NCBI GenBank assembly: GCA_030426955.1
Contig: JAUHXS010000001.1
Coordinates: 435,339 to 499,338 of the forward strand
Reading direction: 5' to 3'
Length of the DNA stretch: 64,000 nt
Origin: Bacteroidia bacterium
GTDB taxonomy: Bacteria > Bacteroidota > Bacteroidia > Chitinophagales > JAUHXS01
Part shown: piece by piece, positions 9,036-18,484 of the stretch
How positions within the stretch are numbered: the first letter of the stretch is position 1
Layout: the number at the start of each line of letters is the position of its first letter
Notes under the pieces: model-generated
Databases searched by the model: none
Told to the model about the DNA's origin: nothing
Seen by the model: the letters and a program-made list of their open reading frames with translations, nothing else
Program-made: the position numbers and the translations under genes

Positions 9036-10535
9036 ATGAAAGAGGCTATAAAGTTTACGGCGATTGCTTTCTTTATATTTACCATAATCACGGCTATATT
9101 TTTATGGCCCCTATACGGATTTAGTTGTTTAGCTGCCTCCCTTTTCATATTGGGTCTTTATGACTTAATTCAAAAACAACACGCTATTCTCCGAAACTTC
9201 CCTTTAATAGGGCACATGAGATATTTATTGGAAATGATCGGCCCTGAAATTCGCCAATATTTTATAGAGTCAAATACTGATGGAAAACCAATAGACAGAA
9301 ATCATAGAAGCTATATTTACCAAAGAGCCAATCAACAAAACCTGACTCACCCTTTTGGGACAGAGCTTAATGTACACGATAAAGATTACAGATGGATGCA
9401 ACATAGTATCTATCCAGGCAAAAAGCTTCAAACACCACCTCGTGTAACTATAGGTGGTCCGGATTGTACTCAACCATACAGCGCAAGTCTTTTTAATATT
9501 TCCGCTATGAGTTATGGCGCATTGAGTAAAAATGCAATAGAAGCGCTCAACTTAGGTGCTAAGGCAGGAAACTTTTTTCATGATACTGGTGAGGGCGCTA
9601 TATCTCAATATCACCTAAAAGGAGGAGACCTAGTATGGGAAATAGGTACTGGATATTTTGGATGTCGAACAGAAGAAGGCAACTTTGATCCTCAAAAATT
9701 CAAAGAGAAAGCCAATTTATCTGCAGTAAAGATGATTGAGATTAAAATCTCTCAGGGGGCAAAACCTGGGCATGGAGGTGTATTGCCTGCTTCCAAAAAC
9801 AATGAAGAAATTGCAGCAATAAGAGACGTGAAACCACACACAGAAGTACTCTCTCCTCCTGGACATTCTGCATTTAAAGATGCTGAGGGGTTGCTTGAAT
9901 TTATTAAGGAACTAAGACAACTCTCTAATGGAAAACCTGTTGGTTTTAAGTTAGCGATTGGGAATAAACAAGAATTTATAGACATCTGCAAAAAAATGAT
10001 CAAAACGAGTATTAAGCCTGACTTTATAACTGTTGATGGTGCTGAAGGTGGAACGGGTGCAGCTCCTATAGACTTTTCTAACTATGTCGGAATGCCGTGG
10101 GAGGATGCTTTGATATTTGTGACAGATACCCTAGCTGATCTGGGACTAAAGCAAGATATAAAGATCATAACAGCCACCAAAATTTTCACTGCATTTGATA
10201 TTTTTAAATCATTATGTATTGGTGCTGACATATGTAACTCGGCAAGAGGAATGATGCTAGCATTAGGCTGCATACAAGCTCTAAGGTGCAACACCAATGA
10301 ATGTCCAACAGGAGTTGCTACCAATAATCCAAGATTGGTAAACGGACTAGTCGTATCTGAGAAATGGCAGAGGGTAAGAAACTATCACCAAAATGTGTTA
10401 GAAGAATTCTTAGAACTACTCGCAGCTTCAGGATGCAATAATATTGAAGAGCTTCATAGAGGATTAATCTTTAAAAAAGTAAATGCTAGATGGGAATCAT
10501 ATGCTGAAGAACAGCATTTAGAAGTTGTACAATAA
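9036..10535 (+). CDS. FMN-binding glutamate synthase family protein (GltB domain-2-like), membrane anchored
   Basis: 499 aa. N-terminal TM helices. SQGAKPGHGGVLPA and DGAEGGTGAAP motifs. Confidence 0.8.
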   Translation: MKEAIKFTAIAFFIFTIITAIFLWPLYGFSCLAASLFILGLYDLIQKQHAILRNFPLIGHMRYLLEMIGPEIRQYFIESNTDGKPIDRNHRSYIYQRANQQNLTHPFGTELNVHDKDYRWMQHSIYPGKKLQTPPRVTIGGPDCTQPYSASLFNISAMSYGALSKNAIEALNLGAKAGNFFHDTGEGAISQYHLKGGDLVWEIGTGYFGCRTEEGNFDPQKFKEKANLSAVKMIEIKISQGAKPGHGGVLPASKNNEEIAAIRDVKPHTEVLSPPGHSAFKDAEGLLEFIKELRQLSNGKPVGFKLAIGNKQEFIDICKKMIKTSIKPDFITVDGAEGGTGAAPIDFSNYVGMPWEDALIFVTDTLADLGLKQDIKIITATKIFTAFDIFKSLCIGADICNSARGMMLALGCIQALRCNTNECPTGVATNNPRLVNGLVVSEKWQRVRNYHQNVLEEFLELLAASGCNNIEELHRGLIFKKVNARWESYAEEQHLEVVQ

Positions 10536-10593
10536 TAGCACGTTTACCTCCTGTCTTGAAAACAGTTAGAGAAAGGTACTGACTGATAGATTG

Positions 10594-13461
10594 TTAGAAA
10601 AACGCTTTGCTTAGACTTAAGGAAAATGTTCTTCCAGGGTTATACCTGGCAAAGATGCGATCTGTAGCTTCATAAGACCTCGTCACCTGCTCTTTCCAAT
10701 CATTAAGGATATTATCCACTCCAAGTCCTAATTGATAGCTTTCTTCCTTACCAAATTTTTTCAAAAAGTTAAAATTCAAGCTATGAAATGGTACAGAGTA
10801 AACATCAGGGGCAAGATTAATTCCTACAATCACAAGCTTAGGACCTTGTACGTTATAATAGAACCCAGCTTCAATACCAGCATCTCTGTTAGAGTAAGAT
10901 AATCCAGCATTAATAATATATGGTGCTTGCCCTTGCATATCCCTAAACTCCCCAAGTTCCTCCCCTGCTCTTAAACCATTTAGCTTTCCTTGAAGCGTAC
11001 CATTGGCAGAGGTATCAAATCGTACTCTGGAGTCAATAAATGAGATATTACTTTTAAAAGAAAAGTTAGAAAGTCTATTGGAAAGAATATCTAAATTGAC
11101 TTTGCTTTCAAACTCAACTCCCATTACTCTTGCATCACCAACGTTTCTCGGTTGAAATGAGTTAGGGTCTTGCTGATAAGAGGTTAGCTCAATTGGGTTC
11201 TTAAAAGTTTTATAAAAACCACTCAAAGACACGGTTTGGTTGTCCCTAAAAAAATACTCATATCTTAAGTCATAGTTATCAATATCTGTCTGAATCAGAT
11301 CAATATTACCAATAAATGTAAAACCAGATAATGGATCAACGATCTCGGCCGTTGACTTTTCTTTGAAAGATGGACGAGCCGTTGTTTTGAAATAACCTAA
11401 TCTTAAATTTGAATTATCATCTAAGCTATAAATTAAACTTGCCGTTGGGAAAAAATCTAATAAATTCAATATTTTCTCATTTGTGAAAATAAGTGCATTT
11501 TCACTCTGTGGGTTAGTATTGGCAATCTGATTCTGACCAGTATAAAACTGATCATATTTTTCCATCCTCACTCCCGCAACACTCTTTAACTTTTTGCTTA
11601 GCTGAAACTCTTCTGAAACGTAAAGCGCTGCCGTTGTCTGAACGCCTTTGTAAGTATTACTTCTTTGATAGTTACCAAATATGAAAGTACCTATATCTTT
11701 ATCTTCCGTCCAAATAAAATCATCGGTTAACAACTCATTAGGATCACCAGTATAATCTAAATTACCTTTTGTTCTTACTTGGTAATTAAAAATTTCATAA
11801 TCCCGTTTCTTGTATACATACCCTCCTCCAAATTTTAATTTTGCATCATAGTTAAATAGTTTATGCTTTCTAGTAGCATCACCCCTGCTAGCAATGTTGA
11901 TCTCTGATAAGTTTCTCCAAATTCTACTCGGAAAAGCTACCTCACTAGGATCGATCGAATAAATACTATCATTCTCAACTAAATAAGCTGTACTACGAAT
12001 GTCTTTATCCCCAATCTTAGAAAAGGTAGGTGAAAGCTTCAAATCTATTTTCCATTTATCATCTTTATCTCTATGACTTGAGGCAAGTAATATATTAGTA
12101 ATAGACCGCTCTGTATATTCTAAGTTATCTCTAACTGACTCATTGCTACTAATAATTAGATTACTCACATCATATATGCCTGATTTCCGCTCGCCATTTT
12201 GCAAATGCATCAAGTTAATCTTATACTTTGAGTACTTTGTTTTCATGGCACCACCTAACATACCATTGATAAAAGTATTGTTTACCCCTAAATCTCCCTT
12301 TTGCTTAACCTCCTCTCTCAACTCATAAACAGATGCATCAGCAGCTTGCTTTCTATAAATATTCTGTTCCCTATCCTGATAAAACTTTGTATTACTTTTA
12401 TAGGAAAAAGCACCACTATAACCAAAGGTTGCTTTCTCTTTATTGATCTGATTACCACCAGATATTCCAAATCCATAATTTATCGGACTGAGTTTTTCCT
12501 CTGCCCCCAAGTCGGAATTAAACTTCTTTGTATTTTCTGTAGAATTGTATTCATCAAAAGGAGCGGCTACTGGCCCTGTAGGCTGAGGATTTTGAAAGCC
12601 CATATTCAAAGGTTCATTTCTATGACCATTATCAAATCCTAAAATGTCAGTTCCACTTTTTTGTTGTGTTAGATAGTTTGAATTTAAGTGCATTCCGGGT
12701 ATAAGTCCTGTGCTTACAGATACATTTAAAGTTGGTTTTTCAGGAAACTCTTTTGTTTCAATATTTACAATCCCCCCTGTAAAATCCGCTGGCTGATCGG
12801 CTGTAAAGGTCTTTAATACAATAATATTGTCAATAATGTTAGTTGGAAAGATGTCCATCTGAAGTGCATTTCGATCGGGGTCTAACCCAGGAACATCAAG
12901 TCCATTTAGTTGTGTTTTGGTATATCGATCTCCTAAACCTCTAACAAAAACATATTTCCCCCCTTGTATGGCTACACCAGGCACTCTATTTACAGCTTCG
13001 GCTGCACTCCCATCACCTACTTTTTTAAATGTTTGAGCAGATACGCCGTCTAATACATTTACTGATTTTTTCTGCATCGTGAGCAAGGCACCTTCTGTAT
13101 TTCTTACTTGATTAACAGAAACAACAACCTCATCTAACTGTGTATTTTCGCTTACCATTCTAACATCGACTATAGTAATATCACCTGGCTTTACTTCTAC
13201 ACCAGTTACTTTTTTACTAGCATAAGATATGTAAGACACTTGAAGATCATATACTCCCGACTCAACTTCTATGGTATAATTACCATCGAAGTCACTGGCA
13301 ATACCGCCCTTTTGTTCTCCATTTTGCACTAATGAAACATTTGCAAAAGGGATAGGCTCCCCTGTTGCATCATCAATAAGTGCTCCTCTTACTTTTCCCT
13401 TTTGAGCAAAAACAGATAATGTAAAAAAGAAAGAAAGTACTATGGATATTTTAAATTTCAT
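10594..13461 (-). CDS. TonB-dependent receptor with N-terminal carboxypeptidase-regulatory-like domain
   Basis: The MKFKISIVLSFFF signal start at 13461 is preferred over 13524. CarboxypepD_reg-like beta-sandwich, plug segment (VPGVAIQGGKYVFVRGLGDRY) and terminal F. Confidence 0.8.
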   Translation of the reverse strand: MKFKISIVLSFFFTLSVFAQKGKVRGALIDDATGEPIPFANVSLVQNGEQKGGIASDFDGNYTIEVESGVYDLQVSYISYASKKVTGVEVKPGDITIVDVRMVSENTQLDEVVVSVNQVRNTEGALLTMQKKSVNVLDGVSAQTFKKVGDGSAAEAVNRVPGVAIQGGKYVFVRGLGDRYTKTQLNGLDVPGLDPDRNALQMDIFPTNIIDNIIVLKTFTADQPADFTGGIVNIETKEFPEKPTLNVSVSTGLIPGMHLNSNYLTQQKSGTDILGFDNGHRNEPLNMGFQNPQPTGPVAAPFDEYNSTENTKKFNSDLGAEEKLSPINYGFGISGGNQINKEKATFGYSGAFSYKSNTKFYQDREQNIYRKQAADASVYELREEVKQKGDLGVNNTFINGMLGGAMKTKYSKYKINLMHLQNGERKSGIYDVSNLIISSNESVRDNLEYTERSITNILLASSHRDKDDKWKIDLKLSPTFSKIGDKDIRSTAYLVENDSIYSIDPSEVAFPSRIWRNLSEINIASRGDATRKHKLFNYDAKLKFGGGYVYKKRDYEIFNYQVRTKGNLDYTGDPNELLTDDFIWTEDKDIGTFIFGNYQRSNTYKGVQTTAALYVSEEFQLSKKLKSVAGVRMEKYDQFYTGQNQIANTNPQSENALIFTNEKILNLLDFFPTASLIYSLDDNSNLRLGYFKTTARPSFKEKSTAEIVDPLSGFTFIGNIDLIQTDIDNYDLRYEYFFRDNQTVSLSGFYKTFKNPIELTSYQQDPNSFQPRNVGDARVMGVEFESKVNLDILSNRLSNFSFKSNISFIDSRVRFDTSANGTLQGKLNGLRAGEELGEFRDMQGQAPYIINAGLSYSNRDAGIEAGFYYNVQGPKLVIVGINLAPDVYSVPFHSLNFNFLKKFGKEESYQLGLGVDNILNDWKEQVTRSYEATDRIFARYNPGRTFSLSLSKAFF

Positions 13462-13486
13462 TAGTCTATGTTTATCATTAAACTTA

Positions 13487-13521
13487 AAGTGTCCTATTGA
13501 AATTGATTCAATAGGACACTT
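13487..13521. promoter_or_regulatory. Perfect 14-bp stem hairpin between the lipoprotein gene and the TonB-dependent receptor gene
   Basis: aagtgtcctattga (13487-13500), loop aattgat, tcaataggacactt (13508-13521). No clear U-tract follows on the minus strand. Confidence 0.4.
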
Positions 13522-13581
13522 CAAAAGTAATATGAGTACAATACCAATGTGTTAAGGCATTGTTAACTTAACGTTAAATGT

Positions 13582-14895
13582 TTAAAAAGCACCTGCAGCA
13601 TGAGCCCAAGTCCAGTTTTCAAATTCTGAACTAGTTGCACCTACAGTGGCTGTTGTTACAATAGTAGCATCTGCTGGATCTGTAGTAAATGCATCTAAGT
13701 ATGATTTATCTAGGAATATATCTGTAATTGCAGTATTTCCGCTTGATAAATGTGAAGTCTTGATCTCAATTGAGCTAAACACTAGCGAACCAGCTGTATA
13801 GTTTTGAGAAACAACTAATACTGAGTCATTGTCTCCACCATCTAACTCCCAGTCAGCGTCCACGCAGAAGTTTTCAGCATAAACATTAGATACTGTACCT
13901 GTAGCACCATCTCTAAAGTCAGCATACTCTCCACCGTCACCACAAGCACCAGCGTCGTTATATCCAATTAGTGTACCGTTAGTTAGTGTAAAGCTACCAG
14001 TTCCAGATCCTTCAGGTCCGTCAATTTCTAAAGCGTGGTCAGACTCTGCATCACCTATATACATAAAGCCATCTACTGTTCCACTCCATGCTTGGTCAAC
14101 ATCAAAAGCATCATCACCTTGTGCCCAAACTAATAAGTCAGAAGCATCCACTGTTCCACCGAAGAATTCGATACCGTCATCAACGTTGGCAACAACTTCA
14201 ACGTGATCGATAGTTGTTCCACTACCAACACCTCCAAGTGTTAATCCGTTAATTTCGTTTCCAGAACCAATTGAAGTTCCACCGTGTCTGATAGAAACAT
14301 AAGAGAATACACCAGAGTTGTCAGCTGAAACAGATCCACCATAAAGACCATTTGCATCACTTACTGGAATACCTTCAATTTGAACTTCAGAAGCATCTGC
14401 AGAGATAGGTGCTTTTCCTAAAATGATAACACCACCCCATAGACCTTTGTCGCTCTCATCCAAGTTAGGACTTTCAATTTCACCTGCTTTGATTTGATCC
14501 GTTTCAGATGTGAAGATAATTGGACTAGCAGCTGTTCCTTGTGCCATAATCTTACCACCTCTTGCAATGATTAAAACAGAAGCATTAGCTTCAGTTCCTC
14601 CTTTTGCTTTAATAAGTGTTCCAGCTTCGATAGTAAGCGTTGCTCCATCTTCAACCGCGATTCTACCACTTAAAATATAAGTTTTATCAGCAGACCAAGT
14701 TGTATTTGAAGTAATATTAGAACTTACTGTTTCAGTCCCTCCACCTGGATTGTCATAGATACATGACCCATCATCTTCTTTAGCTTTTTCATCGTAGTTA
14801 GTAGCTGTAGAGTCAGTACAACCTTCCTTTTTACAAGCCTGGAAGACAGTTGATGCTGCAATAGCTACTGCGAAAATTAAATGTCTTTTTTTCAT
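13582..14895 (-). CDS. Lipoprotein, probably beta-helix fold, partner of the adjacent TonB-dependent receptor
   Basis: Lipobox VFQAC. CTDSTATNYDEKAKEDDGSC motif. Gly/Thr/Asp-rich repetitive body. Confidence 0.55.
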   Translation of the reverse strand: MKKRHLIFAVAIAASTVFQACKKEGCTDSTATNYDEKAKEDDGSCIYDNPGGGTETVSSNITSNTTWSADKTYILSGRIAVEDGATLTIEAGTLIKAKGGTEANASVLIIARGGKIMAQGTAASPIIFTSETDQIKAGEIESPNLDESDKGLWGGVIILGKAPISADASEVQIEGIPVSDANGLYGGSVSADNSGVFSYVSIRHGGTSIGSGNEINGLTLGGVGSGTTIDHVEVVANVDDGIEFFGGTVDASDLLVWAQGDDAFDVDQAWSGTVDGFMYIGDAESDHALEIDGPEGSGTGSFTLTNGTLIGYNDAGACGDGGEYADFRDGATGTVSNVYAENFCVDADWELDGGDNDSVLVVSQNYTAGSLVFSSIEIKTSHLSSGNTAITDIFLDKSYLDAFTTDPADATIVTTATVGATSSEFENWTWAHAAGAF

Positions 14896-15013
14896 TACTA
14901 GTTTTATTTAGAATTTAGAGTTTATTAATAGTTATCCATTTATTTATGTCGCAAAGAAACACAGTCAATGTTAAGCATATATTAAGGGATACTTAAGAAA
15001 AGATTAATTGTGG

Positions 15014-15062
15014 GGTGAGGATTGAGGGACGAGGAGTTAGTAGCTAGGAAAAAGGAATTAGG
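15014..15062. repeat. 7-nt-periodic NNNNAGG tract (about 7 units)
   Basis: AGG at 15018, 15025, 15032, 15046, 15053 and 15060, with AGT at 15039. The spacing is exactly 7 nt. Confidence 0.7.
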
Positions 15063-15109
15063 GGACTTGAAGTTAGAAGCTTGAAACGACTCTTCTCACT
15101 TTTCTGATT

Positions 15110-15790
15110 TCATATCTCAAGTTTATAGCCTACTCCTTTTATTGTTCGAATAAGGTTGTTTCCTAATTTTTTTCTTATTTTTCTAATGTGTACATCTACT
15201 GTTCGATCGCCAACGATAAGATCTCTGCCCCATATTCTACTTAAAACTTGATCTCTCGTAAAAACTTTTCCAGGGCTTGAAGCTAATAGCTCAACCAGTT
15301 TAAATTCCTTCTTTGGCAGTTGAAATTTCTGTCCTCCTTTTTCAATAATGTAACTATCAGGATTAACATTTAAGTCTCCAATATTGATTGAGGTGTCACT
15401 AGAAGACCGTTCATTTCTCTTCAATAATGACTTCACTCTTGTCAAAAACGCCCTTGGCTTTATTGGCTTTGTAATATAGTCATCTGCTCCTGCATCAAAC
15501 CCTGCAATTTCAGAGTATTCTTCTCCTCGCGCCGTTAAAAAAATAATGATCGTATGCTCATAGCCTACAATTTCTCTTATTTCTCTACAAGCTTCTATTC
15601 CATCTTTTTTAGGCATCATTACATCCAATACGACTAAGTCAAACTGATTATTTTCACATTGTTTGATAGCTTCTTCCCCATTTGAAGCACTTGAGACACG
15701 ATACCCCTCGTTTACAAAATTATAACGTAGTATTTCTATGATATCAGGCTCGTCATCAACAACAAGTATATGCTTGGCATTATTATTCAT
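15110..15790 (-). CDS. OmpR/PhoB-family response regulator
   Basis: Receiver domain (ILVVDDEPDI, DVMMPKKDG) plus winged-helix domain (LVELLASSPGKVFTRDQ..., GVGYKL). The ATG at 15790 is preferred over the TTG at 15802. Confidence 0.88.
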   Translation of the reverse strand: MNNNAKHILVVDDEPDIIEILRYNFVNEGYRVSSASNGEEAIKQCENNQFDLVVLDVMMPKKDGIEACREIREIVGYEHTIIIFLTARGEEYSEIAGFDAGADDYITKPIKPRAFLTRVKSLLKRNERSSSDTSINIGDLNVNPDSYIIEKGGQKFQLPKKEFKLVELLASSPGKVFTRDQVLSRIWGRDLIVGDRTVDVHIRKIRKKLGNNLIRTIKGVGYKLEI

Positions 15791-15914
15791 ATTGCAAAGC
15801 AAACCACTTGCCCTTATGTAATTGTTACCTTAAGTTAAAGAAAATGTTAAATATTGATTTAACACTCAAGACATACATAGCTTTTTTTATTAAATTAAAG
15901 GATAAAATATCTTG

Positions 15915-16511
15915 ATGGAGAAGATAACCACAATAGAAACTTATATCGAAAAAAATGATCAATGGGCAACGGAACTAGACGAAATAAGAAAGATCATCAA
16001 TCAAACTGAATTATATGAAACCATGAAATGGAGTATGCCTACCTATACTATTAATAATAAAAACGTGCTTGGAGTAGGTGCCTTTAAAAGCTTTATCAAC
16101 CTTTGGTTTCATCAAGGTGCCTTTTTAAAAGACAAAGCTCAAAAACTGAGCAATGCCCAAGAAGGAAAAACAAAAGGCATGCGACATTGGAAGATTTATT
16201 CCATAGATGATATTATTAAAAATAAAGACTTAATTAAAGCTTATATAGATGAAGCCATCGAAAATCAAAAACTTGGAAAAGAAATAAAACCACAAAAGAA
16301 AAAGGAACTTACAATTCCCAAACAATTAAAATCACTACTTGATAGCAATCAAACTTTAAAGGAAAGCTTCGAATTATTATCCCCTTCTTGTCAAAGAGAA
16401 TACTTCGAATATATTATGGAGGCAAAAAAGGATGAGACAAAGCAAAGAAGATTAGAGAAAATCACTCCCATGATTTTAAATGGCAGTGGATTAAATGACA
16501 AGTATAAGTAA
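15915..16511 (+). CDS. DUF1801 / YdeI-family protein
   Basis: N-terminal YdhG-like segment (MKWSMPTYT). C-terminal YdeI-like segment (CQREYFEYIMEAKKDETKQRRLEK). Confidence 0.55.
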   Translation: MEKITTIETYIEKNDQWATELDEIRKIINQTELYETMKWSMPTYTINNKNVLGVGAFKSFINLWFHQGAFLKDKAQKLSNAQEGKTKGMRHWKIYSIDDIIKNKDLIKAYIDEAIENQKLGKEIKPQKKKELTIPKQLKSLLDSNQTLKESFELLSPSCQREYFEYIMEAKKDETKQRRLEKITPMILNGSGLNDKYK

Positions 16512-16588
16512 ATCAGTAGTGAATTGCCTACATCTATTATTATATCTTACAAATTTACGTAACTTTAAACTAAATAAATTCAACAACT

Positions 16589-16939
16589 ATGAAAACATTG
16601 GTTCTTTCTTTATCAACCATCTTATTAATTAGCTTAGCCCCCACTTTATCACAAGCTCAAGATAATCAGGCTAACAAGGAAGAAACAACTACTGAACCTT
16701 TTGAAAATATCCTCTACGTTGAAATTTACCATGGTGCAAAAGGCTTAGTATTGATTAGTGACGGCACTGGATCTCAAGAAGTAGTTGAGTTACTCAGAGG
16801 CAACACTCCCGAAGATGCTAAGAAAAATAATATTGCCATTGCCAATATCTTAAATAACTTATCCAACAATGGCTGGCATTTAGTTTCTACGAATGGGGAT
16901 AATGCCATCACCAGAGTTTTCATGACGAGAATACAATAG
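16589..16939 (+). CDS. Hypothetical secreted protein
   Basis: 116-aa ORF with signal peptide MKTLVLSLSTILLISLAPTLSQAQ. Confidence 0.45.
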   Translation: MKTLVLSLSTILLISLAPTLSQAQDNQANKEETTTEPFENILYVEIYHGAKGLVLISDGTGSQEVVELLRGNTPEDAKKNNIAIANILNNLSNNGWHLVSTNGDNAITRVFMTRIQ

Positions 16940-16946
16940 TAGCAGT

Positions 16947-18473
16947 ATGACGTCCAACAAGGTTGCCCTCATCATCATGGATGGATGGGGACATGGAAAA
17001 AAGGACCATACAAATGCAATTCATAAAGCGAACACGCCTTTTGTCGACAGTCTTTATCTTAACTATCCTAATGCTGAATTAATAACACACGGCAGTGCTG
17101 TCGGACTTCCTAATGATCAAATGGGCAACTCAGAAGTTGGTCATATGAATATCGGCGCAGGAAGAGTGGTATTTCAAGAATTAGCCAAAATCAACAATGC
17201 TATTGAGAATAAGTCTTTTCATCAAAATGAGGTACTTGTTGAAAGCTTAAAAAAAGGAACAGCCGAAAGCAAAAACGTCCACTTAATTGGGTTAGTATCG
17301 GATGGAGGTGTTCACTCCCATATCAATCACTTCAAGGCTATATCGGATGTTGCGAAGACAGTCGGCGTAAAGAACTTATTCGTCCATGCTTTTACTGATG
17401 GTAGAGATACTGATCCTCAAAGTGGTATCAACTTTATTAATGAACTTGAAAACCATTTAAGCACATACGAATATGCTATTGCTAGTACAGTTGGTAGATA
17501 TTACGCTATGGACAGAGACAATCGCTGGGAGAGAATCAAAGTAGCATATGACTTATTAGTCAATGGTGTTGGACAAGCAACTACCAACATACAAGAAGCA
17601 ATCCAAAGATCATACAACAATGACGTAACGGATGAGTTTATAAAGCCGATTATAAAAATTGATACGGCTGGTAATCCTCTAGCAGTTATTAGACCAGGAG
17701 ACGTAGTGATATGTGTCAACTTCAGAACAGATCGATGTAGGGAAATCACAAAAGCGTTAACCCAACAAGACTTTCCAGAGTATGACATGAAAAGATTGTC
17801 TATTCAATATGTCACGATGACAAATTATGACAGCTCTTTTAAAGATATTCCAAACATTTTTAAAGATGAAGATCTAAAAATGACACTTGGAGAAACTTTA
17901 GAAAAGTATGGCAAAACACAAATTAGAATTGCCGAAACGGAAAAATATCCCCATGTTACCTTCTTTTTTTCAGGTGGAAGAGAAAAGCCTTTTCATGGTG
18001 AACAAAGAATCATGCTTGACTCTCCTAAAGTAGCAACTTATGACCTGCAACCCGAAATGAGTGCACTTGGCGTAAAGGATGCCATTCTTAAAACAATCAA
18101 TGACGGAAAAATAGATTTTATCTGTGCAAATTTTGCCAATGCTGATATGGTAGGACACACAGGTAAGTTTGATGCCATTATCAAAGCAGTTGAAACGGTC
18201 GATAGATGTGTAAAAGAAGTTATAGAACAAGCATTAAACAATAATTATACGGTACTATTGACTGCTGATCACGGCAATGCTGATCTCGCCATTAATGAAG
18301 ATGGCTCACCTAATACAGCACATTCAAAAAACCTCGTTCCTCTATTTTTAATAAGTAATTCCAGAGCGGACAAGATAAAGAATGGAAAACTTGGAGACCT
18401 TGCCCCTACCATCCTTCAACTTATGGGCGTCAGCATACCACAAGAAATGAATGGAGAAATTTTAATTCATTAA
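16947..18473 (+). CDS. gpmI: 2,3-bisphosphoglycerate-independent phosphoglycerate mutase
   Basis: 508 aa with MDGWG, SEVGHMNIGAGR, TDGRDT and ADHGN motifs. Confidence 0.92.
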   Translation: MTSNKVALIIMDGWGHGKKDHTNAIHKANTPFVDSLYLNYPNAELITHGSAVGLPNDQMGNSEVGHMNIGAGRVVFQELAKINNAIENKSFHQNEVLVESLKKGTAESKNVHLIGLVSDGGVHSHINHFKAISDVAKTVGVKNLFVHAFTDGRDTDPQSGINFINELENHLSTYEYAIASTVGRYYAMDRDNRWERIKVAYDLLVNGVGQATTNIQEAIQRSYNNDVTDEFIKPIIKIDTAGNPLAVIRPGDVVICVNFRTDRCREITKALTQQDFPEYDMKRLSIQYVTMTNYDSSFKDIPNIFKDEDLKMTLGETLEKYGKTQIRIAETEKYPHVTFFFSGGREKPFHGEQRIMLDSPKVATYDLQPEMSALGVKDAILKTINDGKIDFICANFANADMVGHTGKFDAIIKAVETVDRCVKEVIEQALNNNYTVLLTADHGNADLAINEDGSPNTAHSKNLVPLFLISNSRADKIKNGKLGDLAPTILQLMGVSIPQEMNGEILIH

Positions 18474-18484
18474 GCAAACTTGTC

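Noticed and set aside
12143-12642. Plus-strand ORFs (61 and 113 aa) inside the TonB-dependent receptor gene
   Set aside because: They are antisense to a 950-plus-aa ORF with receptor motifs. Their translations are hydrophobic and low-complexity with no recognisable motif.
13462-13524. N-terminal 21-codon extension of the TonB-dependent receptor ORF
   Set aside because: The extension covers the perfect hairpin at 13487-13521 and precedes a typical MKFK signal peptide, so the internal ATG at 13461 is the more plausible start.
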